DNA of 64,000 nucleotides, taken from a virus. Lineage: Duplodnaviria > Heunggongvirae > Uroviricota > Caudoviricetes. Each line of letters starts with the position of its first letter. The first letter of the stretch is position 1. The notes under the pieces were generated by a model that ran no database searches, had not been told where the DNA came from, and saw only the letters and a list, made by a program, of their open reading frames with translations. The stretch lies in IMG/VR virus record IMGVR_UViG_2778261631_000002. One strand, written 5' to 3'. The translations under genes were made by a program, and so were the position numbers. Shown one piece after another: positions 1 through 10,085 of the stretch.

Positions 1-100
1 GCCGCATCAGTTACGCGCAGCCGTAAAACTAAGAAGGGGCAGCCAGTAAACAGCAACCCCGAAAGCGCGCAATAGTTTTCCATCCGGCATGGTCAAATTG

Positions 101-1585
101 TTATTCATTAAGCCATGCCAGAGCTTCATCAACCTGCGCTTCGTCTTCGACGCTAAGCACTTCATCTTGGGGAACATAGTTCGCCAACATAGCGAAACAA
201 TATGTATCCCAATGGTCCGGTGAGTGCAGGTTGAGTTTTTTCTTCATATCTTCCTTTGACATCACCTTCCATTGACCTGCGGAATTTATCCCTACCGGTA
301 TCTTTGATGCTTCCTCTATAGTCGCAGCCCCCTTATCAAGCCGCATACGCCCTGATTTTACAGCTTCTGCCGCCTGAATATTCGCGAAAGCGCGCATATC
401 GAAATAAAGGCTTTTATCTTCACGGCTGTGCATCTTTTTACCCCAGCGGATACGCTGGACGGTAATGCCATAGCGTTCGTACATTAGATCAGCCGTCGAT
501 TTCCCCAAGCCATCGCCATCAATAGCTATGGTTATGTTCGGGAACCGTTCTGGGTTACATTCTGCGAAAATCTTGGCGGCTAACTGCGTTTCTGTAACGT
601 CTGTGTATTCCAGCATACGATAGTTGATTACACGGCGTTTATTTCGCTGGCCGGACACCATCATGATATTAATAACGGACTTATCTCGTCCTGTGCCACC
701 AGCAACGTCAACACATGCAACCCAGCCCCATCCTTTGGCAATCTTGACCTTTCGCCGCGTCGCCCGCTCAACCTCATCACGACCAAGAAGAAAGCCATCT
801 TGAGATTTGGGAAATTCACCACGTACTTTGATCATGTACATGGGGTTATCACGACCGCCATACTCCGCAAGTTTTGCTCGTATAAATTTTGCATCTACAA
901 GCGGAGATTCTTCACTATTCAGTATTATCGCAGTAAACAATCCATCAGGATTTCCCGGGCGAATAGCTAGTCTGTGGTGTGAATCGTAGAAATAGCCTGA
1001 AGGTCGCGTAGGCTGGGAAAGAAGCAGAATACGGTTATCCTTACCGGTCAGCGCACCTGTTATCACACTGAATGCTTTATCACTCACACCCGACGCTTCG
1101 TCGATGATATACAAGAGATGATCGGCGTGTTCACCAGCCAACGCCTCCTCATTTCCGGGGCGACAGGACTTTATCAATATTGTCCAAACACCCTTGCCAG
1201 TCACCTCAAAAAAAGACGTTTCTGTAAGAATGAAATACTTCGACAACCACGGGAATCTGCTAACAGCAGTAGCCCAATTGCTCTTTATGTATTTGAAAAT
1301 ACCATCAAGGACTTGCTGTCTTTTGTTAGCGACCAGAATGACGCGAGCGCCGGGGAAAAACATGATGAAGAGTATTGCAATGATACTCGTCATATCCGAT
1401 TTACCAGTACCATGGCCGGAGGTCACACTTGTCCAACTGCCGTCCTGCTGCGTGGACTCAATGATCTCATCCTGCTGCCAGGTTGGTGTCTTCCCAAACA
1501 ACACATCAGCGGCCGCAATCCAGTCATAACGATATAGCGCCACAAGCTCGCGCCAACGTGGGTCCGTTACGCAACTTCTGGCCAT
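101..1585 (-). CDS. pacB: Terminase large subunit, P1 PacB-like
   Basis: 494-aa ORF directly downstream of pacA with a 1-nt overlap; size and position match P1 PacB. Confidence 0.85.
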
Positions 1586-2778
1586 TAATCATCATCCCCG
1601 TACAGTTTGCGGGTAACTTCTTCGTCTTCCTCCTCGTCTTCGTCCAGATCCTGTTCAAGCCATGCTTCGTTTGATATGCCTTCCGCATCGACATCACCAT
1701 AACCACCTGTATCGACGATATCGGCAATTTCTTCTCTACGATGCTCAATCCACAATGCCGCATCAGCGCGGCGGCTGGCGGCCCGTTCTCGCGCGATTTT
1801 ATCCAGATCTTCAAGTGATGGAGCGCCAGATGCTGTTTGGTTTTCCTCATCATCGGTATTGGTCTTAGGAGCACGCAGATCGGCTTTGATTTGCTCCAGC
1901 ATCAGGGGCGGCACTTTTCCTCCATGCGCCTCGATGAATTCAGCCGCTTCCAGCACTGACCAGTTATTTTCACGCTTTCGTTCGTATGCCAGCTTAACAA
2001 TGCCAGCTTGCCCCATAGACAAAGCGTGCTTTTCCGCCTCCCGGCTTTCTTTTCGATAGTTATTCCGGATGCTGTAAATGGTGTTGATCAGACTGCTTAT
2101 CTGCGCGGAACAGCTGTTTAGCATGCTCGCGATACGGTATTCAGGCGGAGTACCTTCATCATCGTCTTTTTGCTGATCGCGCATTTCCTGCACCAGGCGA
2201 ATACACGTATCCCTGGCGTTCTCCAGCATAAGGAGATGAGAAAGAGACTTTTCAAGAAGAGTGGTTTCCAGAACATCGGCCCCGGACCGACGCAACATAG
2301 CGCGCGCGGCCTTCCGCGCTTCAACGTTATCTATCAGGTAATCGCCAGCTTCGAATTCAAAGCGTTCACCATCATCATCCAGGGTGTCGCGTTCCAGGCG
2401 ATCACGTAAGGTCCGGTGGGCGCGGTTGATCACGTCATGATCATCCGAACGATCATTTATGCGCTTATTTTGGCGCTTCGCATTCTCGACTGCGGCACTG
2501 ACAACGGCATTAACTCTCTGTTTTTCCGCTATTTCAGCCGCAATATGATCACCTGCATGTTGATCATTAGAGTGATCAATGATCATGCTTTTTAGTGGCT
2601 TCCTGACTGGCTTATTTGGCTTGCGGCTGTCCGCAGTCCTGGTGTCTTCTTTGAAGGCACGGAGATAACGACGTGCGGTATTAGGGTTAAGATTAAACTC
2701 GGCGGCATACTGTGCGATGGTGTAACCACCATCTCGCGCCAGGCGAGCAAAATTCTTCTTGTGATCGTCCCAGGTCAC
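1585..2778 (-). CDS. pacA: pac-recognition terminase subunit, P1 PacA-like
   Basis: 397-aa ORF starting [28 protein letters not shown], recognised as PacA; pac hexamer cluster lies inside its 5' third; acidic C-terminus. Confidence 0.9.
2427..2585. promoter_or_regulatory. pac packaging site: seven TGATCA-type hexamers in a 3 + 4 arrangement, each carrying a GATC Dam site
   Basis: Hexamers at 2427, 2438, 2450 and 2546, 2561, 2573, 2580, inside pacA; matches the known P1 pac architecture. Confidence 0.75.
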
Positions 2779-2821
2779 TTATGCTTCCTTTCGTAAAAAC
2801 TCTTTTTGACGCGAGGGTAAC

Positions 2822-2830
2822 GAAAGTCAC
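2822..2830 (-). promoter_or_regulatory. Candidate late-promoter element GTGACTTTC upstream of pacA
   Basis: Minus strand reads CATGTGACTTTCG about 44 nt upstream of the pacA start; same 9-mer recurs upstream of the major head gene. Confidence 0.3.
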
Positions 2831-2863
2831 ATGTCAAAAGGCCCGGAACGGGCAAGTAATCAA

Positions 2864-3316
2864 TCAGATACGTGCGGATGTGGCATTACCGTAATGACGG
2901 TGCTGACGGGCCACCTTATTGAAAAGTTGACGCGCCATTACCCAAGGCTGGTGCTCCCGGCGTTCCTTTTCGTCCTGCGTCATATAGAGTTCATTCTGGA
3001 GTTTTTCATCAAACCGGCGCGGAGCGCGGCTACGGCGAAAGAATTCAGGATTCAGAGAGTGGATCTGAAATCTACGTGGGCGTGTACTGTCATCAATCAA
3101 AACAGACGAATACTTAGACACAGCGATAGCCTTTAAGCGCAGATAAACATCGCGCTTATCGACATCCAGATGCGGGTATTCCTTTTCAAGAATTGCTGCG
3201 AGTTCTTTCGCTGATAGAAGAGATTTAGTGCGGATCATGTAATCCGCAATCTCGTACGATGTTATTCGTGAGTGATTTATTTCCATGAAGTGGCGTCCCT
3301 GCCAGTTAAGTAACAT
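2864..3316 (-). CDS. Putative late promoter activator (Lpa/gp10-like), positional inference
   Basis: 150-aa basic ORF immediately upstream of pacA with a C1-operator-like site and sigma70-like promoter in front; no motif-level confirmation. Confidence 0.4.
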   Translation of the reverse strand: MLLNWQGRHFMEINHSRITSYEIADYMIRTKSLLSAKELAAILEKEYPHLDVDKRDVYLRLKAIAVSKYSSVLIDDSTRPRRFQIHSLNPEFFRRSRAPRRFDEKLQNELYMTQDEKERREHQPWVMARQLFNKVARQHRHYGNATSARI

Positions 3317-3386
3317 CCTGTCACCTACTGATTAGCCCATGTCAACTAATCAACGTGGAATATAATACCCTCGACTAAAGAAATAG

Positions 3387-3403
3387 CAATACATTAGAGC
3401 AAT
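3387..3403 (-). promoter_or_regulatory. C1 repressor operator-like 17-mer (14/17 to ATTGCTCTAATAAATTT)
   Basis: Plus strand CAATACATTAGAGCAAT; followed on minus strand by TTGCTA-N17-TATTAT promoter-like hexamers. Confidence 0.5.
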
Positions 3404-3404
3404 T

Positions 3405-4448
3405 TTATCTAACACTCGACGAATGACTTGTGATAACGCCAACTCCAAGCGCGTAATCAAAGAACAATCGTTGATGCATCGCCAACCTACCGTGCGTCTT
3501 CTCCCAATTATCGCGGTCACGCTCAATATCACGCTGGCATGACTGGCACAGAGGAATTGCGTAAATGTCATGCGCGCATAATCGACTATGACGAACGATA
3601 TAAGGCGTAATGTGAGCGCCAGCTCCCGCAGCTCCACACCCACAGCATGGACGGGAAGCAACAAAGTCCATGTACTCAGGTAATTTTAGCGATTGCAGTT
3701 TTGGTATTTTGAAATGCGCCATGCCAGGGTCGGAGTCAACATCCACAGGGCATACTTTTGCACGCATCGGCGCGGCGCGTTCTTCCATCATCTGAACATA
3801 TGCTGTAGCGCGATCGTCATACGGGCGAATATCCGCCTCTTTCAGAGGTCCGCTATCCTGCGGAGTAGCCTTCATCTTATTTATTGATATGCGGCAGACT
3901 TCTTCCGGCATCAGGTGCATCATGTTGCGCATGAAAGCCCACCAGCACAGCTCCTGAATACTTAAATCATGGCTATTTGAAAGGCCCATTTCCTGACGGG
4001 CGACATCCAGTATCCAGTTAACGCGATTATTGTGCAGCGTTTCTTTCAGCTCATTAAAACCACGCATCCGATAATGGTTATCGTGATGCCAGCACAACAA
4101 CACCGCGCTATTGTCTCGTTCAGCGTGGACAATATGGTTGTCACACCAACTACGATCTGCGGCCTGGCATTGACCCTCTTTCCTACGCAACCACGCCACC
4201 AGCGCGTCAATTCCACCAATACGGCGAAACAGTTCATCGCTGTTAAAAAACGGCTGCAACGCCTCATTTGTTGCCATGGTTTGCTCGGTAACAACGAGGC
4301 CGTCTTCCATGTGCTCGATTAACTCACGCGGCACCGGCTCCATAATAAATTTACGGCCAGCCTCCACCAGCTTTCTGACCTCCTGATCCACTTTGAATGT
4401 GGCGACGCCAAGCTCTTTCTGTACAAAGGGAGTAATTACGGCTTTCAC
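3405..4448 (-). CDS. Hypothetical protein with Cys-rich C-terminal region
   Basis: 347-aa ORF; CCGCG...CQSCQ cysteine cluster suggests a zinc-binding domain. Confidence 0.5.
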   Translation of the reverse strand: MKAVITPFVQKELGVATFKVDQEVRKLVEAGRKFIMEPVPRELIEHMEDGLVVTEQTMATNEALQPFFNSDELFRRIGGIDALVAWLRRKEGQCQAADRSWCDNHIVHAERDNSAVLLCWHHDNHYRMRGFNELKETLHNNRVNWILDVARQEMGLSNSHDLSIQELCWWAFMRNMMHLMPEEVCRISINKMKATPQDSGPLKEADIRPYDDRATAYVQMMEERAAPMRAKVCPVDVDSDPGMAHFKIPKLQSLKLPEYMDFVASRPCCGCGAAGAGAHITPYIVRHSRLCAHDIYAIPLCQSCQRDIERDRDNWEKTHGRLAMHQRLFFDYALGVGVITSHSSSVR

Positions 4449-4475
4449 ATCACACCTTTCATCACTGATTGGGCT

Positions 4476-4676
4476 TTATCTGCTGCCCGGCATTCTCTGT
4501 TTAAGCGCAACCATTTCCTGACGGCATAACACAGCAATAGCGGTCCTGACTCCAATTTGCTTACCAACCAGGTATTGCTTTACCTTGCGGCGACTCACGC
4601 CATCAAGAAGCATCTTTAACGCTTCACGGGACAATTTGTTGTATTTGCGTGCCATTAATCTACTCCGCAGAACCAT
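4476..4676 (-). CDS. Small basic hypothetical protein
   Basis: 66-aa ORF overlapping the 3' end of doc; true start may be the internal Met (MARKYNK). Confidence 0.3.
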   Translation of the reverse strand: MVLRSRLMARKYNKLSREALKMLLDGVSRRKVKQYLVGKQIGVRTAIAVLCRQEMVALKQRMPGSR

Positions 4677-5040
4677 ACAATCTACGTAACGTGTCGGCGA
4701 CAGAAGATACAGATATCTCGCCAGTCGCAGCGCCTACAGTAAGGTCTGCCAGTTCAGGTGAATCAAATACCTGCACCCCGTTACGGCGTAGAAATAACAG
4801 CGCACTGTTTAGCGCGGTACGCTTATTGGCATCATTGAATATATGCCCTCTCGCTGTAGCCACCAGGTAGGTGGCGGAGACTTCGAAAAGGTCGGTGATC
4901 TCTTCGTAGGCAACTCTGGCCTGAACTCTCCCGATAATGGCCTCTGCCCTACCCGGATCTGACATTCCCGGCAGGCCGCCGTAGCGGTTTATATTCGCAT
5001 CATGAAGCGCAATAAGTTCTTCCGGTGATATATGCCTCAT
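4660..5040 (-). CDS. doc: Doc toxin (death on curing), Fic-fold kinase
   Basis: 126-aa [28 protein letters not shown]... recognised as P1 Doc; 1-nt overlap with phd. Confidence 0.95.
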   Translation of the reverse strand: MRHISPEELIALHDANINRYGGLPGMSDPGRAEAIIGRVQARVAYEEITDLFEVSATYLVATARGHIFNDANKRTALNSALLFLRRNGVQVFDSPELADLTVGAATGEISVSSVADTLRRLYGSAE

Positions 5041-5261
5041 TATCGGTTAACCAGTTCCTTGTTGGTGGAGTCCAGGGTGTCAAACAGGGATGCAAATTCA
5101 GCATCCAGCGCCGCTTTTTTGTAGGCTTCGAAAGTAGCCTTGCTGACAATTACTGCTGGCTCACGGCCTCTGCGGGTGATTTCAACCTCTTCCCCGGCTT
5201 CAACATTGTTGAGCACTTCAGAAAGGTTGCCGCGCGCGGTACGGAAGTTAATGGATTGCAT
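5040..5261 (-). CDS. phd: Phd antitoxin (prevents host death)
   Basis: 73-aa reading from [32 protein letters not shown]; the ORF track adds two upstream codons. Confidence 0.95.
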   Translation of the reverse strand: MQSINFRTARGNLSEVLNNVEAGEEVEITRRGREPAVIVSKATFEAYKKAALDAEFASLFDTLDSTNKELVNR

Positions 5262-5333
5262 AAACACCTCGTGTACTCGTTATGTGTACATAATTATAAA
5301 CTTCACAGGCATAAAGCACCAGCACTTTGCAGC

Positions 5334-5723
5334 TTAAATGACCGGACAATCATCAAACTCCCCACTCCGGGCATCATTGATGACATGAGTGATCACACCA
5401 AAAACAGCATTACTACCCGTGTAACCATCGTCATCTACTGGTAACGCCTCTTTCTTCCCGGTGCTTAAATCCTCCAGGTGCTGGCGCGGATACTTTCGGT
5501 ATCTCTTTATGCGATATTCACCCTCCATAGCGCACACAAGCAGAGAACCATCAACCGGAGTAAGCGAGGAATCAACCACCAGCAAAGCACCCTGCAATAT
5601 TCCCTCACGGTGATGGCTATCAGCTGCCCGCATGAAGTAGGTTGCTGATGGATGCCTGATTAGTTGCTGATCAAGAGAAATTCGGCTTTCAACATAATCC
5701 GCCGCAGGAGAAGGGAAGCCCAT
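5334..5723 (-). CDS. humD: UmuD'-like protein HumD (LexA/S24 peptidase fold)
   Basis: 129-aa ORF, size and position as P1 humD; perfect LexA box 20 nt upstream of its start. Confidence 0.8.
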   Translation of the reverse strand: MGFPSPAADYVESRISLDQQLIRHPSATYFMRAADSHHREGILQGALLVVDSSLTPVDGSLLVCAMEGEYRIKRYRKYPRQHLEDLSTGKKEALPVDDDGYTGSNAVFGVITHVINDARSGEFDDCPVI

Positions 5724-5742
5724 AGCGTTTTTACCTCAATAA

Positions 5743-5762
5743 TACTGTTCATTTATACAGTA
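5743..5762. promoter_or_regulatory. LexA (SOS) box TACTGTTCATTTATACAGTA
   Basis: CTGT-N8-ACAG with near-perfect dyad symmetry in the divergent humD / 5898 intergenic region. Confidence 0.8.
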
Positions 5763-5897
5763 TACATTAAAGAGACACCTTTGGTGCAAACGCGTTACGT
5801 ACATCAACCACCGCTGATGATTTTGTGCTCTTTGCTACTATTCATCACCGCGGGATCAGCGTAACCTCGTTGCCAATCAGTTAATAAGGAATTAGCT

Positions 5898-6482
5898 ATG
5901 CCTAATCGCATTCCTCTCGATCCTGTATTGCCCAAAAATTTTGACTGCACTCCTAACGAGAAACGCTCTAAAGCTCAGCTGGACGCCTGGTGGGACCATC
6001 CATATGGGGTTACACAACCTGACGGGAAAATTGTAGTTTATTGTCTGAATGGTGGGGCGTGGGACCGTCCATCCGTGCTTTGTTTGGCAGATAACTATGA
6101 TGAAGCCTGTGAACTTGCCGAAAGACAGCAGGCAAGCTGGGTAAAAACACGGTCTGAACCGACATTCATGTTTTCAAAAGAACCGCCATTTATACTGGCG
6201 AGGATGCCGCAGCGACCGGATCATCAACAAGAAATTGTTGCTGAATTTTCCTCAAGGGATGAGATGAATCTCTTCTCATTAAAGCAGGAAGAAAGGGATC
6301 GCGTCGAAGTGTCTCCAACTCTCGACCACAACCGGATGAACCTAGCCCAGCTCGCCTGGTACAGCAAAGAATTAGAGATGTCTATTGCCCGGCTTGAAAA
6401 CGAAAAAGCCGCTATCCAAGTCCAGCACGAAGTAGTTCTGAACCGGATTAGAGAAATGCAAAACGATAACAGGGGATTTTGA
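5898..6482 (+). CDS. Hypothetical protein, first gene of an operon divergent from humD (possibly LexA-regulated)
   Basis: 194-aa ORF 136 nt from the LexA box; C-terminal coiled-coil-like segment; no recognisable domain. Confidence 0.55.
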   Translation: MPNRIPLDPVLPKNFDCTPNEKRSKAQLDAWWDHPYGVTQPDGKIVVYCLNGGAWDRPSVLCLADNYDEACELAERQQASWVKTRSEPTFMFSKEPPFILARMPQRPDHQQEIVAEFSSRDEMNLFSLKQEERDRVEVSPTLDHNRMNLAQLAWYSKELEMSIARLENEKAAIQVQHEVVLNRIREMQNDNRGF

Positions 6483-6839
6483 ATGGCTAAAATCGAGTAC
6501 CATCGCGATCGCGGTAATTACCTGGAAATATACGATCATGAATCTCTTAACGATATCAACGATGCGTTATATGAATACTGTGAAAAAACGAGCATCACAG
6601 ATGCACCTGATGCATTTGTCGAGATGCCGGTATATCTCCGCGACATCTATGCAATACGAACACCGCCCGTATCGGTGATTCACATTGGCTATGTCCGCCT
6701 GTCCATCGAAGAAGATGAAGATCGTTATATCGTGCGCCACTATACATTGGACAGAAAAGAACTTCCTAATGAATGGAACATGAGTAATTTCTACAACGGT
6801 GAATATGGCTTAAAATCCGCTAATAATTTACGGTCATAA
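6483..6839 (+). CDS. Hypothetical protein, translationally coupled to the upstream gene
   Basis: 118-aa ORF starting at the TGAATG junction; does not resemble theta/Hot. Confidence 0.55.
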   Translation: MAKIEYHRDRGNYLEIYDHESLNDINDALYEYCEKTSITDAPDAFVEMPVYLRDIYAIRTPPVSVIHIGYVRLSIEEDEDRYIVRHYTLDRKELPNEWNMSNFYNGEYGLKSANNLRS

Positions 6840-6928
6840 TCTATACAGGCATGTATAACAACAACGAGCCTATTAGCTGTCAACAACGTTATTTCCTCAA
6901 ATAAGAAAAAGCAGAAAAAAAATTGTTT

Positions 6929-6949
6929 AAGGTCACAAATTGTGGCCTT
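6929..6949 (-). terminator. Candidate minus-strand intrinsic terminator
   Basis: Near-palindrome AAGGTCACAAATTGTGGCCTT; minus-strand hairpin is followed by an AAACAATTTTTTTTCTGCTTTTT T-rich run. Confidence 0.35.
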
Positions 6950-7694
6950 GATGGAGGAGGGAGGCTTATTGGCTATGGCTAAAAATCAAATTAGACACTT
7001 CATGTTGCTGTAGCTCATCAAGATCCGAGGCCACAAAACCTTTTCCGAAAAACTTCACAAGTAACTCACTAGCCGCATCATTGTCACCTATTACACGAAA
7101 GTCATACGGCAACGTCGCAAGTTGACGATGTAATCCTGCTGAGAAAGTCGAATCTAACAGCGCCCAGAATTCCCACCGCAGGATAATACTCGCCTCTTAA
7201 TACTGTATATATGTTGTTACGATATGTTTTTCTGTCTCTAAAAAAAGATGTTAATAGAATGCTAACCATTGAAGGGGATAAAAATATACAATTCCAACAA
7301 ACGTTATTTTTAACAATTTTTTTCTTTGCGTTGACTTTCCCGGACACCTTGTCTGACCGAAGGTGCGCGAAAGCCACTTTTTCCTTCCTGAGTTATCCAC
7401 AAAGTTATGCACTTGCAAGAGGGCCATTTTCTACATATTGTGGTGGCTAACAGATGAAATGAATGTAGATTAATTGAAGATAAGGAGAAAATTTGAGATG
7501 CAATCATGACGTTAATAGATAGGGTCTGCATTACAGACCCCACCCGCATCAAGGAATTAGCCGTTCCCTGATGTTTTTCCGAAAACATGTGCCGTAAGCT
7601 CACGTTAACGACTTTCATTCACCGAATCCAACTATATAGGGGTTGGGTTTCTACGTCAACGTGAGCAAGTGCACCTTTACATTTGACAAGGAAC

Positions 7695-7832
7695 CACCTG
7701 AATGAACGCTTTTTTTCAGTTCCTGAGTGCATTTTTAGATGCGCCTATTATTAGCCAGATTCTGGCTATTATCCTCATCATCGTTTTGATTTTGCTTTTA
7801 AGGTCAGTAAAAAATGGAATTATGCACTGGCT
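7695..7832 (+). CDS. Small hydrophobic peptide (45 aa), candidate membrane peptide or type I toxin
   Basis: ATG preceded by AAGGAACC; MNAFFQFLSAFLDAPIISQILAIILIIVLILLLRSVKNGIMHWLT; sits in an AT-rich palindrome-dense noncoding region. Confidence 0.25.
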
Positions 7833-7914
7833 TACTTAATGTTTCAGTGAAACATTAAAATCTCCTTGATGTGGAAACAATCATTTTCTGTATGTGCTGG
7901 TGGGCACCTGTAGT

Positions 7915-8277
7915 TCAGCTTTCGTTGGCATTTAACTTCGTCTTTGCTTTCTCCACCAGCAACTTCCAGATGCCTATTTCATTAGCAGCCGCCTTGATGG
8001 CGGCATAAAAAGCATCTTGCTGATCGTAACGCTGGATCTGTTTTTTCAGTTTTGCCTCCACCAATTTAATTTCATTACGTGCTTTCTGAAGCCGCATCAC
8101 CGCCCGGTTACATCTGTTCTTGTATAGCGTGTTAATCTCTGACAATTGCTTTAATTTACCAGCCTGACTGCGGATTATCGCCTCCCTGGCTTCTGCCGTG
8201 CGTCTCATCTGATCTCTTAAGAGTTCACCGTTTTCGATAATTCTTTCAAGGTGTTTGATGTGATCTGCAACTCTCAT
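7915..8277 (-). CDS. Hypothetical coiled-coil protein
   Basis: 120-aa ORF, last gene of the minus-strand operon; start overlaps the upstream stop. Confidence 0.5.
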   Translation of the reverse strand: MRVADHIKHLERIIENGELLRDQMRRTAEAREAIIRSQAGKLKQLSEINTLYKNRCNRAVMRLQKARNEIKLVEAKLKKQIQRYDQQDAFYAAIKAAANEIGIWKLLVEKAKTKLNANES

Positions 8278-9572
8278 ACTTCACCCTCGCTTGTATCACC
8301 AGCGTCCACCAACGACAATAAAGCCCTGGCCATCTTATGAACCAACAGTGCATCAATAATGCCAAGCGTATGCCCCGGCTTAATGTTTAATGCTGCCTCA
8401 AGATGACACCTTTCCAGACCGCTTTTCTCGGCTTGTTTATGATGATATGGCGTAATAACGTCGCCCAAAACACGGCTAATTCTTTCTCGTAATTGCTGGG
8501 TGCCAGCACACTTGATCGCTGTATCGTGGAGACGGTTAACCAGTTCGCGATAAACATGCGGCTTAATGCGGATACGTTCACCGGTGACGCCCTTTCCTGG
8601 CGCTGGCACCGAACTATCCGGAATATCCGGATAGTTGCCAGCCTCGTAAGCTACCCGCAGCCAGTGCATGAATGTTTCAGTGGACACACAACCACAGTCC
8701 ACATCGATTTTCCCGCGTTGCTGTTCCAGCCATTGCCCAAAATCCAACCTGTAAGTCTTACTTTGGCTTACAGGTTGGCTACCCTGAAGCATGGCAGCGT
8801 GGCAGGCATACTCAACGCCCTTAACTGCATCTGCGCAGTAGTTATAGCGATTGCATTCCACTAATTTCCGTTTGAGTTTTTCAATTGCCTGCGCGACATC
8901 AGCCTGTATTACAGGAACTGGCGGAACGGCTGTTTGCTCTCGAACGTCATTAGTCGCTATCGGTTCTGCTGCCAACTGACTGGCATATTTGTTAATGGTA
9001 ACGATAAGCTCTTGCTCAGCCTCATCCAGACAATCACCGATACCTCGCCTGTCACCGTCAAAATCATCGAAATCGGCACGAATCTTGGCAACCTTCAGGA
9101 TTGCGGACAACACCTCACTAGGAATTACCGGATAGTTGGTTGACGTTTCCGCGATTTCCCGAAAATTATTGGTTGACGAATTCTTGTTTTCCCGAAAGTT
9201 TCCGGACTGAAGCATGGCGGCGCGGCAGGCGTTCCAGCCATCTGCGTAACAATCTCTGTGTGTCTTGAAATATGTCACCGCCCTTGGTACATCGTTTACG
9301 TCTATTTCATCCGGCACAACCGGCGCAGGTGAGTCAGCATAAACAGGAATAACGTCCGGTTGCTCTTTATTGCTTTCATCCGTTAAAGCCCAGAATAATT
9401 TCCCGGCCGGATGTTTGAAAATATAAGCAACTGGTTCTGCTTCCAGCGATGCCAGAGCAATTCGTGCCAGTTCTTCCGCTTCTTCTGCTGGCAGTACAAC
9501 GTTGCTACCAGGTCCGTATGTTTCGCGCCACTGCTTGATTGTCAGTAGTCGCTCTTTGGTAATAGTGATCAT
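8274..9572 (-). CDS. Hypothetical protein with an internal duplicated Cys motif
   Basis: 432-aa ORF; repeated C-x-A-D-x(4-6)-C-x-A-A-M-L-Q segments. Confidence 0.6.
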   Translation of the reverse strand: MITITKERLLTIKQWRETYGPGSNVVLPAEEAEELARIALASLEAEPVAYIFKHPAGKLFWALTDESNKEQPDVIPVYADSPAPVVPDEIDVNDVPRAVTYFKTHRDCYADGWNACRAAMLQSGNFRENKNSSTNNFREIAETSTNYPVIPSEVLSAILKVAKIRADFDDFDGDRRGIGDCLDEAEQELIVTINKYASQLAAEPIATNDVREQTAVPPVPVIQADVAQAIEKLKRKLVECNRYNYCADAVKGVEYACHAAMLQGSQPVSQSKTYRLDFGQWLEQQRGKIDVDCGCVSTETFMHWLRVAYEAGNYPDIPDSSVPAPGKGVTGERIRIKPHVYRELVNRLHDTAIKCAGTQQLRERISRVLGDVITPYHHKQAEKSGLERCHLEAALNIKPGHTLGIIDALLVHKMARALLSLVDAGDTSEGEV

Positions 9573-10084
9573 GCCGCGTTTCCTTCTTTCTTATTAACAA
9601 TTACACCGTCATATATTTCATTAAGGTGCCCTCTCAACTCCATGCGCCTTAATGCAGATAACATGTAATCGCATTCAACCTGCTTATTTCCAGTAAATGG
9701 CTTATCGTCAGGATTACCCCAACAGCAATTACCCTTGGGCCACCCATGTACTTTCCGTACTCTTCCGTTAACAACGTGAAGTAATCCCCAGCCAGGTGGT
9801 AAATCCTCAATTGAAATAATTCCCGGCTCACTAATAAAGAATCGCCAGTCGCCCATTCCAAGAGACGGATTTTTACGAAAACGCTTTTTTCTATCTGCCA
9901 ACAAGTCAGCACGAGAACACTTCGCCTCTATCAGGCATGATGCTGAATTTCTGAATCCCATAGCATCTGGCTGTTCTCCGGTACTGGTTACAGCTATAAA
10001 GCGGTCATGAAAACAAACCTTGAACCCGTTGCGCTTAAGGAACTTGTACGCAATCTGACAGAGTTCGCGGTGTGTTAACGCCAT
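9569..10084 (-). CDS. Putative PD-(D/E)xK-type nuclease-fold protein
   Basis: 171-aa ORF with QPD ... IEAK spacing typical of restriction-endonuclease-like folds; motif-level only. Confidence 0.4.
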   Translation of the reverse strand: MALTHRELCQIAYKFLKRNGFKVCFHDRFIAVTSTGEQPDAMGFRNSASCLIEAKCSRADLLADRKKRFRKNPSLGMGDWRFFISEPGIISIEDLPPGWGLLHVVNGRVRKVHGWPKGNCCWGNPDDKPFTGNKQVECDYMLSALRRMELRGHLNEIYDGVIVNKKEGNAA

Positions 10085-10085
10085 A

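Noticed and set aside
6483-6839. Possible identification of this gene as the P1 theta-subunit homologue (hot)
   Set aside because: The product is 118 aa and shows none of the theta-like sequence features I recall; kept as hypothetical.
7196-7215. Second LexA-box-like sequence TACTGTATATATGTTGTTAC
   Set aside because: Only the left half-site (CTGT) is present; the right half lacks ACAG, so it is unlikely to bind LexA.
7102-7618. Two overlapping minus-strand ORFs (91 and 102 aa) in the AT-rich noncoding block
   Set aside because: No ribosome-binding sites and low-complexity AT-rich codon composition; open frames are expected by chance in AT-rich DNA.
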